This document shows positions 63,235-64,000 of a stretch of DNA of 64,000 nt, piece after piece (the first letter of the stretch is position 1; every line of letters starts with the position of its first letter). Source of the DNA: Heterodontus francisci (Eukaryota). Made by a program: the position numbers and the translations under genes. The stretch is taken from the NCBI RefSeq assembly GCF_036365525.1, contig NC_090381.1, forward strand, positions 51,985,401 through 52,049,400, given 5' to 3'. The notes beneath the pieces were generated by a model that was given only the letters and a program-made list of their open reading frames with translations, ran no database searches and was not told the DNA's origin.

Positions 63235-64000
63235 GGGCAGAATTTTCCCAGGCCGTTGGAAGCAGGGATGGGGGCGGGCAGAGTGGGAAAGTCCTGGAAA
63301 TTGACATCAGGTCGGGATCCCAATGTGATCCCGTCCTCTGCCAGCTTTCTCCAGGGCATGAATGAGGGAGAGCAGGGAACCCCCATGCATCTGTTGGGTA
63401 CATAATTGTAAAGTGGTTAAGGTTGTTAAGAAGCCAATTATGAACTGCTTTAACACTGAATACTGGTTCGCCCAGCCATGGAACCTGTTTCCCAACCTAT
63501 CAGTAATTCGCCAGAGTCACTGAGACAAATGCAGTGGGAAGAGCTTCTTCACTTAGTCTGACAAGCTAGGAAGGCTTTGATCAGTTACACTGAAGAGCTC
63601 CAGCCATGGCCATTGAGAGACTGCTATTCAAAGCACTTCTTCTCTCAGAGAGTACTATCACTGCTTGACAGGCAATTGCCGACTTCTTGGAAAGCACTTC
63701 ACCAGTCGAGCACTTCACTCACATTCAGTTGCACTTCCCTGTTGCCAGTCTACACCACAACATGGGATCAGCTCATGCAGCTTCACCCTTCACCTCTGCT
63801 GAGGGTTAAGGGCAGAGGCCACACTGCTGCCTATTGCTCCAGCAGCAGCAGGACCTCCAGGTAAGAGTGACAGACCCAAGGGGCAGCCTTCCCAGGTCTC
63901 CTCTCCATTTCCGTGGTTTAGGCAGCCTGAAAAATCCAAGTGCTGGTGAGTTTTTCTGACACATGCCACCGTCCCTTTAACTAGAAATGCTTCTTTTGAC
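63235..64000. mobile_element. Harbinger-related remnant
   Basis: TIR gggcagaattttcc at 63235; 63853-63930 resembles 642-718. Confidence 0.5.

Noticed and set aside
1-64000. CRISPR array, operons or other prokaryotic systems
   Set aside because: No regularly spaced repeat-spacer array and no gene-dense coding; the content is vertebrate transposon sequence. Many ORF-track starts are GTG/TTG and are not meaningful here.

Overview
Eukaryotic, transposon-dense non-coding DNA, very probably from a cartilaginous fish (shark/ray). This is inferred from HE1-type V-SINEs, Deu-domain SINEs and several CR1 families. No host protein-coding exon could be identified with confidence; the long ORFs are TE coding sequence or its antisense shadow. 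Contents: several CR1 LINEs, a second CR1/L2-group LINE family, L2 remnants, a young RTE LINE with a 5' inversion, a 5'-truncated Penelope-like element (PLE, Neptune type, GIY-YIG), decayed Harbinger transposons with MITEs, Gypsy solo LTRs and gag/RT remnants, and tRNA-derived SINEs, often nested. The most striking signal is a family of short (about 140-230 bp) fold-back elements (2497, 18665, 25347, 55792, 61936). They are inverted copies of the PLE 3' terminus, three of them have clear 11-16 bp target-site duplications, several have a ~36-nt one-sided tail, and their turning point lies at a minimal hammerhead-ribozyme motif (CUGANGA-A-stem II-GAAAC-GUU) whose stem II covaries between copies. 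All calls were made by eye; no alignment, folding or database search was run, and boundaries of old elements are approximate.
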